From Candidatus Latescibacterota bacterium (GTDB lineage: Bacteria > Latescibacterota > UBA2968 > UBA8231): a DNA stretch of 64,000 bases. The notes below the pieces were generated by a model, which saw only the letters and a list, made by a program, of their open reading frames with translations, was not told the DNA's origin and ran no database searches. The position numbers and the translations under genes are program-made. The DNA lies in the NCBI GenBank assembly GCA_965204725.1, contig OZ242005.1, forward strand, positions 2,304,001 through 2,368,000, read 5' to 3'. Shown piece by piece: positions 63,721 to 64,000 of the stretch; positions within the stretch are counted from its first letter, which is position 1; each line of letters opens with the position of its first letter.

Positions 63721-64000
63721 CTATTTAATCACCAGCCACGTCACAAGTTCAAAATCCGTCGTTTCGCCGATCTGCTCATCGCGTCGCGGCAAGACGCCGC
63801 TGCGACTAGACAAAAGGGTGTCAATAGCCCGTTTCTGGTAGGTGCTACTCAAAGACTGCACCGCTTTTTCGAGCAGCTCATTGTAGAACGTCATGTTAGC
63901 ACCGTCGTCCGTCTGTTTATCGAACAGGGCGCACAATTCCTCATGCGGATCTTTCACCCCCGCACACAACAGACGGCACAGCTCTAGTATCTGCTTGGGT
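63721..64000 (-). CDS. 3' end of a probable SNF2-type helicase partner of the type IIG RM (partial)
   Basis: Terminal DFELVTWLVIK, recalled as typical of RM-associated helicases; position upstream of the MTase. Confidence 0.6.
   Translation of the reverse strand, partial: PKQILELCRLLCAGVKDPHEELCALFDKQTDDGANMTFYNELLEKAVQSLSSTYQKRAIDTLLSSRSGVLPRRDEQIGETTDFELVTWLVIK

Overview
High-GC bacterial chromosomal window; the lineage cannot be fixed from the sequence. (1) 1-12.4 kb: envelope/chaperone genes, namely a tandem double-GldG protein, a GldF/GldA-type ABC pair, DUF58, MoxR, a TPR lipoprotein, an FmdB zinc ribbon, a TPR/LpoA-like protein, a ClpX-like ATPase lacking its zinc-binding domain, and a sigma54 activator with a degenerate receiver. 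(2) 12.5-41.9 kb, minus strand: tRNA-rpmG-secE-nusG-rplKAJL-rpoBC-str-S10-spc-alpha supercluster plus greA. It lacks rplC, adk/map/infA and tufB, and fusA carries a 1-nt frameshift. (3) 42.1-48.3 kb, plus strand: sbcD-sbcC-ygfZ-like-dinB-like operon whose DinB has no finger domain and no catalytic acidic residues but keeps a QLDLF clamp motif. (4) 48.3-64 kb: accessory/defence region of co-oriented minus-strand genes (esterase, LarA-like, AAA-DUF4143, GxxExxY, IS-disrupted Avs2-like STAND NTPase, type IIG RM with a chimeric tail, helicase 3' end), two IS5-family elements and several families of palindromic repeats. Best leads are the inactive finger-less DinB with SbcCD, and an inverted-repeat-bounded GxxExxY+Avs cassette. 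All family calls come from motif recognition; no database searches were run.
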